DNA from: a virus
Taxonomy: Duplodnaviria > Heunggongvirae > Uroviricota > Caudoviricetes
Length of the DNA: 39,937 bases
Strand: one strand, 5' to 3'
Virus record (IMG/VR): IMGVR_UViG_3300045988_182320
This document shows, piece after piece, positions 26,189 through 36,018 of this stretch; the stretch's first letter is position 1; every line of letters starts with the position of its first letter. The notes under the pieces were generated by a model that worked only from the letters and a program-made list of their open reading frames with translations, ran no database searches and was not told where the DNA came from. A program made the position numbers and the translations under genes.

Positions 26189-27661
26189 TTAGGCCGCCTC
26201 GTAATACACGGGTTCAACGGACCACTCGGATGCTGCTTCGCAGAGGGCGGCGCCGTAGTTCACATAGGCAAACGAGACAGCACCGTTCACGTTGAGCGCC
26301 GAAAGACCGCAAGGACCACCATTGTCAGCGCTAGCACCACGAAGGCAGACACGAAAACCGGATGTAGCGCCGCTAGTATTCCAGAAATAGCTAGTCCAAT
26401 AGGTTGACTCGGATGCGCCCGTGGCGGTCGGGAAGTTCTCCAGATGCTCCATCGAGAGCGTCTTGATAAAGCCTTCGCCCTTGGTCGGCGAGGTGCTGTA
26501 AGCCACCATGCCATCGGCGGAACCTATCGTCCACGTGCCGTAGATGGACGGTGCCACGAGATGGGTCACGGAAGTGTCCTCGTTGCAACGCACCTGCTCG
26601 TCATCCATGTGTCGCCACAATAAGCCGAAGCCATTTTTGTAGCCGAAGAAGGATGGTATCTTGGCGGTATAGACCACGGTGCCATCGTCTTTTTTGACCT
26701 CGTAGCTCGCCTCGCCGCAAGCGTCGCCCAGCTCGATGCCGGCAGACATCGGCACGATAGGGCGATAGCCGTTGTAACCACCCCAATCAGGCATCTGTGT
26801 CACGCCAGCTCCGAGACCACCCTGGTAGAGACCGTTGGCATCTTTTTGGCTGTTGATGGCATCCTGGTCGTAGTGGGTGCCGAAGATGACCCCGAAGAGC
26901 ACGGCGATGGCAGAGGTGTGGCGCATGGTGGTGCAGAGCCAGCCTGTACCATTCTTGCGGGCTGCGGCACGCCAGTATTCGGTAGTCTGGTTGGTGGCAG
27001 CCTTGCCCAGCATGGTGCGGTTGGTGTTATCTAACGTTGAGTCGTTGTTGCCGCCTCGGTAGTCTGTGCCCTCGTTGATGTAGCTCACCAGCTTGCCTGT
27101 GCTGCGCTCTAGCGTGGCGAAGCCAGCGGCGGAGATGCTGCCCACAGGTATCTTGTAGTTGTACTCGCCAGGTATTGGCGTAGGGCTGACCATCTCGTAA
27201 TGGAGTCTGCCCACGGTCTTGATGACCATGTACCACTCCTTGCCCCAGCCCCACTGGTAATGCCCCTCTGAGCCATCGAGCTTGGCTGTCTCGCCGGTGG
27301 CATACTTGTGGTGGTCTTTGGAGTCGAGCTTGCGACGGGAGTGGTCATTCTTGACCAGATAACAGCCCAGACCCAGCTCCGTTGGTAGGGTCTGCAGTAA
27401 CTCTAGCGAGCCCACATAAGTGGCGGCTTTAGGGGTTGCATTGTCGAGGTTCCACACTCGACCACACCAAGGATGCTGTCCCATTTGGACGGCGCTTTTG
27501 AGCGACATCTGCTCAGACCTGCCGGATTTTTTGTCGAAGACCTCGACAATCTTGTCAGTGGCGCTCATGTCTGACTGTGGGAGGTCGTCAACCTGTTGAC
27601 CTCCATCGAAAGCGGCTATGATAGCCTTGAGCTTACTCTCTTCTTCTGATGTTAATGCCAT
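26189..27661 (-). CDS. DGR target protein (putative receptor-binding tail fibre) with C-terminal variable region
   Basis: About 490 aa from ATG 27659-27661 (MALTSEEES...; track ORF starts with TTG at 27709); C-terminus ...GFRVCLRGASADNGGPCGLSALNVNGAVSFAYVNYGAAL is encoded by the VR; stop tta at 26189-26191. Confidence 0.8.
   Translation of the reverse strand: MALTSEEESKLKAIIAAFDGGQQVDDLPQSDMSATDKIVEVFDKKSGRSEQMSLKSAVQMGQHPWCGRVWNLDNATPKAATYVGSLELLQTLPTELGLGCYLVKNDHSRRKLDSKDHHKYATGETAKLDGSEGHYQWGWGKEWYMVIKTVGRLHYEMVSPTPIPGEYNYKIPVGSISAAGFATLERSTGKLVSYINEGTDYRGGNNDSTLDNTNRTMLGKAATNQTTEYWRAAARKNGTGWLCTTMRHTSAIAVLFGVIFGTHYDQDAINSQKDANGLYQGGLGAGVTQMPDWGGYNGYRPIVPMSAGIELGDACGEASYEVKKDDGTVVYTAKIPSFFGYKNGFGLLWRHMDDEQVRCNEDTSVTHLVAPSIYGTWTIGSADGMVAYSTSPTKGEGFIKTLSMEHLENFPTATGASESTYWTSYFWNTSGATSGFRVCLRGASADNGGPCGLSALNVNGAVSFAYVNYGAALCEAASEWSVEPVYYEAA
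26240..26361 (-). repeat. DGR variable repeat (VR)
   Basis: 122 nt inside the last ~57 codons of the target gene; differs from TR only at 12 positions corresponding to TR adenines (TR 25830, 25831, 25855, 25860, 25861, 25872, 25873, 25888, 25901, 25902, 25915, 25920). Confidence 0.85.
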
Positions 27662-27683
27662 AATAAAAATTATATTTAATCGA

Positions 27684-28448
27684 TTAAACAATGCGTAATT
27701 TATCACCAACTTTTCTAAGCTTGCCCGATGCCGACAGGCGAAGGCGAGGCTGGCGCACGGTGATGCTGACCTCTTGCCAGAGCGGTGTGTTGGCGGTGGG
27801 GATGACCCAGAACTTGGTGGTGCCCTCGCCCTTGATGATGAGGTTGCCGCTTGGGTCTGCCACGAGCGAGTCGCCCTCGGCTCGCTGGAAGAGCACGCTC
27901 TGAGGGAGGTAGCTCGGCAGGATCTGCACGGCGATGCGCTGAGCCACCTTGTTGCGTAGGCTTATCTCGGGGAGATAGGTCAGGTTCATGCGAGCTGGCG
28001 CGATGAAGCCTGTGGTTATCTGAGCGGCGAGACCATCCATCTGCGCTATCTTGGCATCGGCTCGCTTGGATGCCGCGTCAGCCTCTGCAGCCTTGGTCTC
28101 TGCCAAGGCTGCCTGTGATGCTGCAGCCTCGCCCTGCTCGCCAGCCGCCTTGGCTGCGCTCTGGGCGAGGTTAGCCGCCTTGTTGGCATCGTCGGCCGCA
28201 CCCTGCGCTCTGACGGTCGGTGTCTTGTCGAGCCACAAGCGCCACTTGGCGTTGGTATCTGAAGGAGTCGTCGTGTTGCCATCCTCTAGGGAGGCGAAGA
28301 CTCCTGACGATGTGTGAACGATGTCGCCCTCGTCGTAGCCCTTGACGGTCTGGCCATCCTCATCTTGATAGGAGTAGCCCGACTGCCAGGTGCCCTGGTC
28401 GGTGAAGGCGACATTGCCCACGATAATGATGTTTGTGTTATCTGCCAT
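27684..28448 (-). CDS. Hypothetical protein (tail-fibre region), Ala-rich central coiled coil
   Basis: 254 aa, ATG at 28446-28448. Confidence 0.45.
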   Translation of the reverse strand: MADNTNIIIVGNVAFTDQGTWQSGYSYQDEDGQTVKGYDEGDIVHTSSGVFASLEDGNTTTPSDTNAKWRLWLDKTPTVRAQGAADDANKAANLAQSAAKAAGEQGEAAASQAALAETKAAEADAASKRADAKIAQMDGLAAQITTGFIAPARMNLTYLPEISLRNKVAQRIAVQILPSYLPQSVLFQRAEGDSLVADPSGNLIIKGEGTTKFWVIPTANTPLWQEVSITVRQPRLRLSASGKLRKVGDKLRIV

Positions 28449-28454
28449 AATGAT

Positions 28455-29297
28455 TTATACTTTAATGACTAACTTGTTTCTGCGCTTGACAACGTGTTCA
28501 GCGACATGACTGCCGTAGTCGATCATGAGGAGTTTGTTGCGCCGTTGACGGAACGCCGGATACATGGCACCGCCTCGGGCGATGACTCCTGTATCGACAT
28601 AGGTGTGCTTGGAGAGATCCCACTGCCACCAGTTGCCGTTGTCGCCCATCTTGGGTGGATGGTCGTTGAGCTCCTGGGCTAGGTTGGTCTGCTTCTCGCT
28701 CTCGGTGAGGGCTGTGAGCGTATCATCGATGCGCTTGTTCTCGGCGGTGACACGACCCGCCTCGGCGGCTATGCGAGCATTTTCGGCTGTCGCTCGCTTG
28801 GTCTCTGAATCCATGCGAGCTTGCTCTTGGGACTGTCGGGTCTGCTCGGCAGCTTGTCTCTTGGCCTCGTTGCTCTCAATGGCAGCCTTGGAAGAGAGCG
28901 TGGCTTCGGTCGCCTGTTTGGCAGCCTCGGTCTGCGACTTGCTGGCACTGACCGCATCCTCTACCTTTTTGCGTTCGGCGGTGAGGTCAGTTGTCGCCTT
29001 GTTGACGCTAGCCGCCGCATCGTTGGCTTTGCCTGCTGCGGTGTTGGCCTCCTCTGTCGCCTGTTTCGCCTCCTCGATGCGGATATCCACATCTTTAGTC
29101 AAGAGTGACAGCGGTGCGATGACTTGCTTTTGCACACCGTCTTTGCTGTAGAGGGCGGGCATCGTACTGATGCCATCGAGCGAGGTGGCGAGCTCGCAAG
29201 AGAAGATGTTCTTGCTGTGCCGCTGTAGATATTCGTTGAACTTAGGTAAGAGCCGGGCGCATAGCGCCTCGAACTCTGTGTCATTCTCTATGCCCAT
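28455..29297 (-). CDS. Hypothetical coiled-coil protein (tail-fibre region)
   Basis: 280 aa, ATG at 29295-29297; long A/E/K/T-rich coiled-coil segment. Confidence 0.45.
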   Translation of the reverse strand: MGIENDTEFEALCARLLPKFNEYLQRHSKNIFSCELATSLDGISTMPALYSKDGVQKQVIAPLSLLTKDVDIRIEEAKQATEEANTAAGKANDAAASVNKATTDLTAERKKVEDAVSASKSQTEAAKQATEATLSSKAAIESNEAKRQAAEQTRQSQEQARMDSETKRATAENARIAAEAGRVTAENKRIDDTLTALTESEKQTNLAQELNDHPPKMGDNGNWWQWDLSKHTYVDTGVIARGGAMYPAFRQRRNKLLMIDYGSHVAEHVVKRRNKLVIKV

Positions 29298-29300
29298 AGG

Positions 29301-29597
29301 CTATGATTTTAAGATGTCCTGTTTCCACTCGGCAATCTTGGCGAAGACAGCCCCTGCCTCTTCATCGCTCAGCACGGCAGTGTTGATGCGACATGAGAGG
29401 TTGGTATCCATAAAGCTGATGTATCCAGCACCGCTCTCGGAGGCTGGTGCATCATCTTTGGACTCTGTACGTTTATAGACCTCACCGGAAAAAGAGACCT
29501 TGTCATCTCGCTTTGTCTTGGTGAACTTGACGAAAACGCCTGTAACAACCTCAATCTCCTGGATGTCGGTTGTCGTAACTGTTGACTCTACCTTCAT
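29301..29597 (-). CDS. Hypothetical protein
   Basis: 98 aa, ATG at 29595-29597. Confidence 0.4.
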   Translation of the reverse strand: MKVESTVTTTDIQEIEVVTGVFVKFTKTKRDDKVSFSGEVYKRTESKDDAPASESGAGYISFMDTNLSCRINTAVLSDEEAGAVFAKIAEWKQDILKS

Positions 29598-29599
29598 AA

Positions 29600-29902
29600 T
29601 TAATCTTGCTCTATTAGTTTAACAATCTGACAATATACCCCTGGCACCAAGGAAGCCTTGGCGACCTCTTTGATCATGGTTAAGTCTTCGGTCGTACACT
29701 CGACCTCACTTGGTTTAGTGTGCATCTGCACACTCAGGTTGTAGGCTCTCTTAAGAGACTCATCATCAGCCTTGACGCTGTTATTGCTTCCGTTGAACAG
29801 ATGAAGTCCGAGCACCTCATTCATCATCTGAGGCTGTCCGTTGCTGTCTGTCATCACCCCGCCCCTGTAGTTACGGATGGCGACCTTAAAATTTCTTTTC
29901 AT
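29600..29902 (-). CDS. Hypothetical protein
   Basis: 100 aa, ATG at 29900-29902. Confidence 0.4.
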   Translation of the reverse strand: MKRNFKVAIRNYRGGVMTDSNGQPQMMNEVLGLHLFNGSNNSVKADDESLKRAYNLSVQMHTKPSEVECTTEDLTMIKEVAKASLVPGVYCQIVKLIEQD

Positions 29903-29920
29903 ATCTGTCTAAGTTTAAAA

Positions 29921-32900
29921 TTAATATGCGTGGTTCAGCTTGCGCGCTGTGTATTTGGTCGTGTAGTCACTCACCTTGTTGCCCATGGTTGAGTTATAGA
30001 CCAGCAGGAACGTCGCACTTTCGCCCTGTCCCATCTCTATGTAATCTTTGTTGCCGCAGTTCTCATCGAGAATCAAAGGTAACTCCTCTTTGTTCCATGC
30101 GTAGGAATCGCTTTTGTCTTTGATCTTGTTGCGCCCATAAATGAAGAAGTATGTCGTGCCTGGCTCAGCGACCACCGTAAATGTCACGGCGAAGTTGGTA
30201 GATGAGCCACAGCCTAATGCGCTGCGCACCTCAGACAGTGTTGGCAGCGTTATGCCGCTTGACGAGACGTAGCTGTAGATGAGCCAGACGTTATTCTCAG
30301 AAATCTTGGCATAGCCATTATAGATGGTGTTTTTTGTGCTAAGCGCACATCTGCTATACTTATATCCACCTATCCATCCATTGAGTACGCCATTGCCAGC
30401 ACCTGTGAAAGCAAAATTATAGGCACCGTTTTTAGCCGAGAGTATGGCTGCGATATTGTAACCAAGCCCCCACCAGTCGCTGCTGTCCTCATTTTCGAAT
30501 CGAGCCACCGCACGCTGTCCTGATGACGCTGGTAGTACGTTGCCACCGATGCCCGCAAAGCATTTATGGGTATCGTTGCGAAATATGATGTATGCATCAT
30601 TGGTAAATGGGTCGTTTGTCAGACCCGTGCCCTGGATAGTGAATCCAGCGATCTTGCCCGCCAATGCCTCCATGGAGCCATCTTTGTTGATTTTGAAATT
30701 GCTGTTGGCCGTGACCACACCGTTAAGGTTGATTTGGTCTGCCGTGATGGTGGCAGAGGAGATGCCGTTGGCAATCATTGTCTTGATGGTAGCCTCGGAT
30801 AGAATCTTGCCATCGACACCCTCGATTTTTGTAGTCAGCGCATTGTAGTCTGCCGTCACAAGCAAGCCACCTTTGTTTTTGAGCGTGCCATCGGCATTGA
30901 ATCGCTCGCTCATCAGGGCGTTGTAGTCAGCGGTGGTGATAAGATAGCTCGTATCTTTGAGCTTGCCATTGGCATCGAAACGAGCAACTGCCGAAGACCA
31001 CGAATCGGCGTTTTGACTGACCAACGATATAGTCGGACCATAATCGTTGCGTATGTCTGAGCCTACGCTGTCGGCGTGTCTCCTGGCTTCGGCAACGGAA
31101 CTGTTGAGGGCATTGTAGTTGTCAGACATAGTCCCTTGCAAAGTGTTTTTGGCTGCATTCAGCTCGTCTTTTGTCGCAGCCTTGCCCACCGTGGTATTGA
31201 TGCCATTGACCGTTATATTTAACTCAGCGAGTGCCGCCTTGGTGCCGTTGGCAGTATTGGTGACGCTCTCGACACGTGCAGTGATGCTGTCGATGTCGGT
31301 GTAGATGCCAGAAATTTTCTCGTTTGTTCTATCCTGCCAGGTGTTGATGAGGTCGATGCGACCTGCCTCTATCTCTATTCTTGACGAGAGTGTTGTGTTG
31401 AGTTCGCCGTATCTCTTATCGACATATAGGCGTATTGCCTCTTTCTCAGCGTCCAGCTCGATGCCGAGCTGAGTTGTGGTACCATTGACCTTGTCGATGT
31501 TTTGTCCCAGCAGCTTGATGTTTTTGGCCGTCTGAAGTATTTGTGTCGAGACGGTCTTGCTCAGGTTGTCGAGCGGCTCGTCGGTGATGGTGAGCAGCGC
31601 GACGTAGATGTCTTCTGTATATCGGAGCACGAAGTCGCCGGTGCCATTCCACTTGCCATTTAGCTCTACCGTCTGCCACTCTGCCGAGTATGGCACGCTG
31701 ACGCTCTGGGCTGACAGGTCGTTGGTCTTGCCTTCGACAGCCTTGCAACCCTCGAAGCCAAAGGTGAGGGTGCCAGCAGTCTTGGCGTAGATGCGAGCAC
31801 TTATATATAAGGTGTCTTGCACCTCGGTGTAGTCATCGCCAGTGGTGTTCATGCCATCCTCGCCTTTTTCTGCCGATGGCTGGGTATATTCCTTGTGGGT
31901 ACCGGGTTTGCGGATGAGATCATTGGCTTGTTTGATGCCGCTGTCCTGTATGTGCAGCATGTTGCGACCCTCGTTGTTGTCGATGCTCACTCGGTGGTTG
32001 CCACTCACGGTGGCGGCACCATTGACCATGACAGGTAAGCCATTGGCATCGACCCAGAACTGGGACTCGTCTGTATCGTCGATGGTCCAGCCATCAATGA
32101 GCTGCTCATCGTTATAGCCTATCGCCGTCAGAAACTGACCGTTATGGAGGTAGTTGTTCTCCTCTGTCGCCTCGTAGGAGGTCTGTGCGAAGCGGGTGGC
32201 GAACTGGTTCTGCAGCATCTGTATTTTGGTGTCGATGCTCTCACCTGTGCGGCGGAGCACGAAGTCGCCCGTGGCGTAGAGGTTCTGCAGGAACTCACCG
32301 AAGCCTGATAGTGCACCGAAGAGTGGATGGGTGATGCCCCGTAAGTTGCCGAGGCGACCTTTGAGCGCATTGTCTGGGTCTGTCTTGAGACCATAGATGA
32401 TGTCCATGTAGGGCGTATCGCTGCCCACAGTCATCATCTGTATGATGCCCTTGCGGTCGGGGTCGGTGAGGTTGTCGACCCTAACAAAAGTGTCTCGCTT
32501 GGTGATGAGCTGCTCTGCGGTGGCACCCTCCATCGATGAGGTGAAGTTCTTGAACTTGACCCATGCTTGCATATCCTCGCCACTGCCCTCGCTGCCCACC
32601 TCTGTCACGATAAGCTCGTATCGCTTGTTGACATAGTGATTGTTTTCGGTGGAGGGCATGCCATTGTACTGCTGCACCATCACGTAGTCATCCTTGCGGA
32701 ATGGGTTGTACATCCTGCCCTCGTGGGTGTCGAGATAGACCCTGCCTGTCTCTGGATCGTAGTGGTCAACCTCTAGCATCGCCGTGAAGATGCGGTTGTC
32801 ATTCTCGCCCAAGAGTTGGGAGATAATCATCTCGAAGATGCGCATGGTACCACGCACGATGAGATTATCGAGCTCTAGACCATACCTATTCTCTTGCACC

Positions 32901-33400
32901 CCGGCAGCGTTGGTCGTGGGGTTGTTGGCGAGTCGCCAGCCCTTGCCATCGAGGAAGCCCGAGACGAAGTCGGGAGAGCCTATGGTATCGTCAAAACGAG
33001 CAGCGCCCTTGACGTGCAGCGCACTGACTGTCGCCAAGCCCCACGCCAGGATCTCTTCGATGCAAAGCTTGTAACCCCCATTCTCTTTTGTGGCGAGGCA
33101 GAAGCCTTTTTGACCAGCCTCGGAGTAGTCATCAGTGGCGATGGAGTGGGCGATGATGTCGCCCTCTTTGGAGAAAGAAAAGAGGTTGCCTATCTTGATG
33201 CCCTTGAGAAAGGTGATGAGCCCATGGGCTGTATCGTCGTTGATGGCGGAGAGTTTATCGTTGTCAGCAGAGGAAGCATAGTCGAGCAGGGACAGGAAGG
33301 CGTTGCCAATGCGGCTTGCCGTATTGGCGTGCTTGACTCTCTCGTCACGGATGCCCTCGAAAGCCTCTCTGATTTTGTTGATGTCTTTATTTTCTGCCAT
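29921..33400 (-). CDS. Large tail fibre / host-specificity-like structural protein (putative)
   Basis: 1159 aa; G/N/T/S-rich repetitive beta-like segments and a central coiled-coil region; position within the tail-fibre block; ATG at 33398-33400. Confidence 0.5.
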   Translation of the reverse strand: MAENKDINKIREAFEGIRDERVKHANTASRIGNAFLSLLDYASSADNDKLSAINDDTAHGLITFLKGIKIGNLFSFSKEGDIIAHSIATDDYSEAGQKGFCLATKENGGYKLCIEEILAWGLATVSALHVKGAARFDDTIGSPDFVSGFLDGKGWRLANNPTTNAAGVQENRYGLELDNLIVRGTMRIFEMIISQLLGENDNRIFTAMLEVDHYDPETGRVYLDTHEGRMYNPFRKDDYVMVQQYNGMPSTENNHYVNKRYELIVTEVGSEGSGEDMQAWVKFKNFTSSMEGATAEQLITKRDTFVRVDNLTDPDRKGIIQMMTVGSDTPYMDIIYGLKTDPDNALKGRLGNLRGITHPLFGALSGFGEFLQNLYATGDFVLRRTGESIDTKIQMLQNQFATRFAQTSYEATEENNYLHNGQFLTAIGYNDEQLIDGWTIDDTDESQFWVDANGLPVMVNGAATVSGNHRVSIDNNEGRNMLHIQDSGIKQANDLIRKPGTHKEYTQPSAEKGEDGMNTTGDDYTEVQDTLYISARIYAKTAGTLTFGFEGCKAVEGKTNDLSAQSVSVPYSAEWQTVELNGKWNGTGDFVLRYTEDIYVALLTITDEPLDNLSKTVSTQILQTAKNIKLLGQNIDKVNGTTTQLGIELDAEKEAIRLYVDKRYGELNTTLSSRIEIEAGRIDLINTWQDRTNEKISGIYTDIDSITARVESVTNTANGTKAALAELNITVNGINTTVGKAATKDELNAAKNTLQGTMSDNYNALNSSVAEARRHADSVGSDIRNDYGPTISLVSQNADSWSSAVARFDANGKLKDTSYLITTADYNALMSERFNADGTLKNKGGLLVTADYNALTTKIEGVDGKILSEATIKTMIANGISSATITADQINLNGVVTANSNFKINKDGSMEALAGKIAGFTIQGTGLTNDPFTNDAYIIFRNDTHKCFAGIGGNVLPASSGQRAVARFENEDSSDWWGLGYNIAAILSAKNGAYNFAFTGAGNGVLNGWIGGYKYSRCALSTKNTIYNGYAKISENNVWLIYSYVSSSGITLPTLSEVRSALGCGSSTNFAVTFTVVAEPGTTYFFIYGRNKIKDKSDSYAWNKEELPLILDENCGNKDYIEMGQGESATFLLVYNSTMGNKVSDYTTKYTARKLNHAY

Positions 33401-33416
33401 ATTTTTTATTTTGATG

Positions 33417-33424
33417 CAAAGATA
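33417..33424 (-). promoter_or_regulatory. Bacteroidota-type -7 promoter box
   Basis: caaagata on plus strand (TAtcTTTG on minus), 17 nt upstream of ATG 33400. Confidence 0.4.
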
Positions 33425-33452
33425 GGTATGATGAGAACTATATAAAAATACG

Positions 33453-33911
33453 CTAGATCGGTGTGCCGAACATCTGCTTGAAGATGTCTGCCATCAGTCC
33501 CTGGTACTCATCGCCATAGAAGTAGCCCTCCATGTCGTTGAGCTTCATGATGGAGGCGTAGTACTTGCGATTGAACCATGGACGGCGCTGTCGTGGCTCG
33601 CCGAGGTTGTGCTTGGCACGGTACTCAGGGTCGAGGAACTCTAGGTCGCCGGGGTTGCCATGGTAATAGCCATTGCCTGTGCCCGTCTCTTGGTAGAGAC
33701 CGTAGAGCAGGAACTTGTGGGCTATCTGGCGAGAGGAACCGCCAAAGGATGTGGCTTGGACAGAGCTGAAGAGGGCACCGGTATGTCGGATGCGATAGTG
33801 GATGATTTTCTCTTTCCAGATATGCACCATCTCCTCTGCCCATCCTCGCTCGTAGGCGTAGATGTCCTCTTGTGAGACGGGTTGCTTGATGTCATTCGTT
33901 CCATTCCTCAT
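33453..33911 (-). CDS. Hypothetical protein
   Basis: 152 aa ORF in the minus-strand structural operon. Confidence 0.4.
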   Translation of the reverse strand: MRNGTNDIKQPVSQEDIYAYERGWAEEMVHIWKEKIIHYRIRHTGALFSSVQATSFGGSSRQIAHKFLLYGLYQETGTGNGYYHGNPGDLEFLDPEYRAKHNLGEPRQRRPWFNRKYYASIMKLNDMEGYFYGDEYQGLMADIFKQMFGTPI

Positions 33912-34422
33912 AATTATACTCCAGGTCTAGTGGCTCGCTCACGTCAAGATGGAACTCGACGCCTGTGAGACCGTTGATGAAATAGGCACCTATCTCTCGG
34001 CTGTCTATCTGGTCGCTGAGGGTGTAGGTGTTATAGTTGTCTTGCCAGTTGTATTTGTCGATGACAATCTTGCTCAGGAACTGTCGGAATATCTTGCGGC
34101 AGGTGTTGAGCTTCTCTTGTCGGTCGTTCATGTCGAACTGTTTGTATCGCATGAGAATCCACACGGTATAGGTCATCACCTTGCGATAGCTGCCATCGCC
34201 GTTGATGGCGACGTTGCCCTCGTTGGTGTCGTCGATGACCACGAAGTTTTTGCTCTTCGCCATATTCTGTAGCATGCCCTCAAACGAGGCAGGGGTGCTG
34301 CAGGTGGTTGGAGTGAAGCCAAGCTCGGAGGTGAGCTTGTTTTGGCGGGTGAGGTCTCTAAAGTAAGAGAAGGCATCGAACCCCACCTGAGTGTCGGGAG
34401 TCTTAACATCTGTACTGATCAT
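33892..34422 (-). CDS. Hypothetical protein
   Basis: 176 aa ORF, overlapping neighbours. Confidence 0.4.
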   Translation of the reverse strand: MISTDVKTPDTQVGFDAFSYFRDLTRQNKLTSELGFTPTTCSTPASFEGMLQNMAKSKNFVVIDDTNEGNVAINGDGSYRKVMTYTVWILMRYKQFDMNDRQEKLNTCRKIFRQFLSKIVIDKYNWQDNYNTYTLSDQIDSREIGAYFINGLTGVEFHLDVSEPLDLEYNYEEWNE

Positions 34423-35216
34423 GATTTTTGTTTTAATCGTTTGTCTAACTCGTCAGCCTCGCGAGCCTTGGCATCCAGTTCGGTGAGTGCTCGCCATACG
34501 TCTGAGTCTCTAATCTGCCCTTCTTTGGTGATGTCGCCGCCCGTGAGGGCACGGATCTGGGCGTTCATCGCCTCTATCATATCGTAGTCGCCATCAGCTG
34601 AAGCTGGCTTGAAGAGGTGTGGAAAACTTGTGGAAAAGTTTTGCTTGACCCACATGAACCACAGGAAGGCACCCATCACCTCGACTGGCGTACACTCGAT
34701 ATGTTCGGGTGGGTTGCCCTTGGCATCGAGATAGAGGTAGCGCATCATCTCTCTGAGCGGTGCGTCGCTCGACTGGTCTGACTGCAGAAACTGCTGGAAG
34801 TAGTTGTCGGCGATGAGGTAATGTTGAAATGGGTACTCGTGCAGCTCGATGTCGGCGGCTTGGAAAAGCCCGATATGATCGAGGCGGTTGTCTGCGCCCT
34901 TGCCGTCGAATATGTAGTCGAAGGCTTGGCAGAAGTCTTGCACTTGCCATAGCTGAAGGAAGAAGCGCACAGTCTTGCCACTGTCTAGCTGGGTTTGGCA
35001 GAGCCATCCGTCTTTTTTCTCGTTGAGCACCTCGATGCCGGCGAAGCGAGCGAAGAGGTAGGTGCGCACCTGCCACTCTTGCCACCCTTGGGTGAGGAGG
35101 TAGAGCACGTAGCGCAGCTGGTCTTGGGTGAGCTCGCCCCAGGAGTGAGGCACGTGGAGGTTGAGCGTGCCGTCAGCCAGCAAAGAAGAAGGTTGTGTCG
35201 TCAGCATTGTTTTCAT
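34419..35216 (-). CDS. Hypothetical protein
   Basis: 265 aa ORF. Confidence 0.4.
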   Translation of the reverse strand: MKTMLTTQPSSLLADGTLNLHVPHSWGELTQDQLRYVLYLLTQGWQEWQVRTYLFARFAGIEVLNEKKDGWLCQTQLDSGKTVRFFLQLWQVQDFCQAFDYIFDGKGADNRLDHIGLFQAADIELHEYPFQHYLIADNYFQQFLQSDQSSDAPLREMMRYLYLDAKGNPPEHIECTPVEVMGAFLWFMWVKQNFSTSFPHLFKPASADGDYDMIEAMNAQIRALTGGDITKEGQIRDSDVWRALTELDAKAREADELDKRLKQKS

Positions 35217-36018
35217 AAGCTATATTGTGGCTAGCCTTGTAGGCGGTGGAATCTCTATATTTGGCGAAGTCATCGATGTTATCGTCTATGAGGGAGAGTA
35301 GGCTGAAGAAGAGTTTGTCTCTCGCCCTGAGGTCGATGGAATCGCCGTTTTTTGTGATATGGCACCCGATGAAATCGTAGATGCGCATGATGGCGACCCG
35401 ATGGGAGGTGGTCGGGAACTGAGCCTTGCGCTCCTCTTCGAGCAACTGGTCTATCTGGGCATCGGAGAGTTCGCGGCGCAGGAAGGTCTCGGCTTGGTCT
35501 ATCTCGCCCTTGTGCGCCACGAGGTCATCGAAGGTAAGCTTGCCGGGGATGCCGCAGAACTTGTTGAGGATGTATGGCGACCAAATGAAGGAGCGGATGG
35601 TGTTGAAGGCTTGCAAGCTGTCAGCCCAGCCCTCGACCTGTCGCAATCGGTTGATGACGTTGTGCTGGGCGTAGTCTCGCCTGTAGGCAAGCTCGTGCTC
35701 CATGGCATCGACACGAGCCTGTGAGGCTGGGGCGATGTTGTCGTTGGAGACCACCCCGAAGCCGTTGTCGGTCATGATGATGTCGTGGGAGTGGAGACTA
35801 TCGAGGAAGGTGGCCAGTATGACATAGTCTCTGGCGTAGCGCTGCAGGGGCGAGTCTTCGGTCGAGACCGCTTGCTCGGCATCTGCGCCCACGACGGTGG
35901 CGATAAGATCGTCAAAATGGTTCTCGAAGGATGGCTGCATCTTGGTGAAGACATCCTCGGAGGCTGCCGCCACGAATGGCAGCAGCTGCTCGAACTGGTT
36001 TATATCAATCTGTATCAT
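35173..36018 (-). CDS. Hypothetical protein
   Basis: 281 aa ORF. Confidence 0.4.
   Translation of the reverse strand: MIQIDINQFEQLLPFVAAASEDVFTKMQPSFENHFDDLIATVVGADAEQAVSTEDSPLQRYARDYVILATFLDSLHSHDIIMTDNGFGVVSNDNIAPASQARVDAMEHELAYRRDYAQHNVINRLRQVEGWADSLQAFNTIRSFIWSPYILNKFCGIPGKLTFDDLVAHKGEIDQAETFLRRELSDAQIDQLLEEERKAQFPTTSHRVAIMRIYDFIGCHITKNGDSIDLRARDKLFFSLLSLIDDNIDDFAKYRDSTAYKASHNIAYENNADDTTFFFAG

Noticed and set aside
27662-27709. Upstream extensions of several track ORFs (27709, 23561, 8239, 11966, 22124, 25689, 37582)
   Set aside because: These extensions begin with TTG or GTG and run across promoter boxes, terminator hairpins or neighbouring genes; the first in-frame ATG downstream gives tidier gene boundaries. 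The GTG start of the RT at 25689 remains a real alternative.
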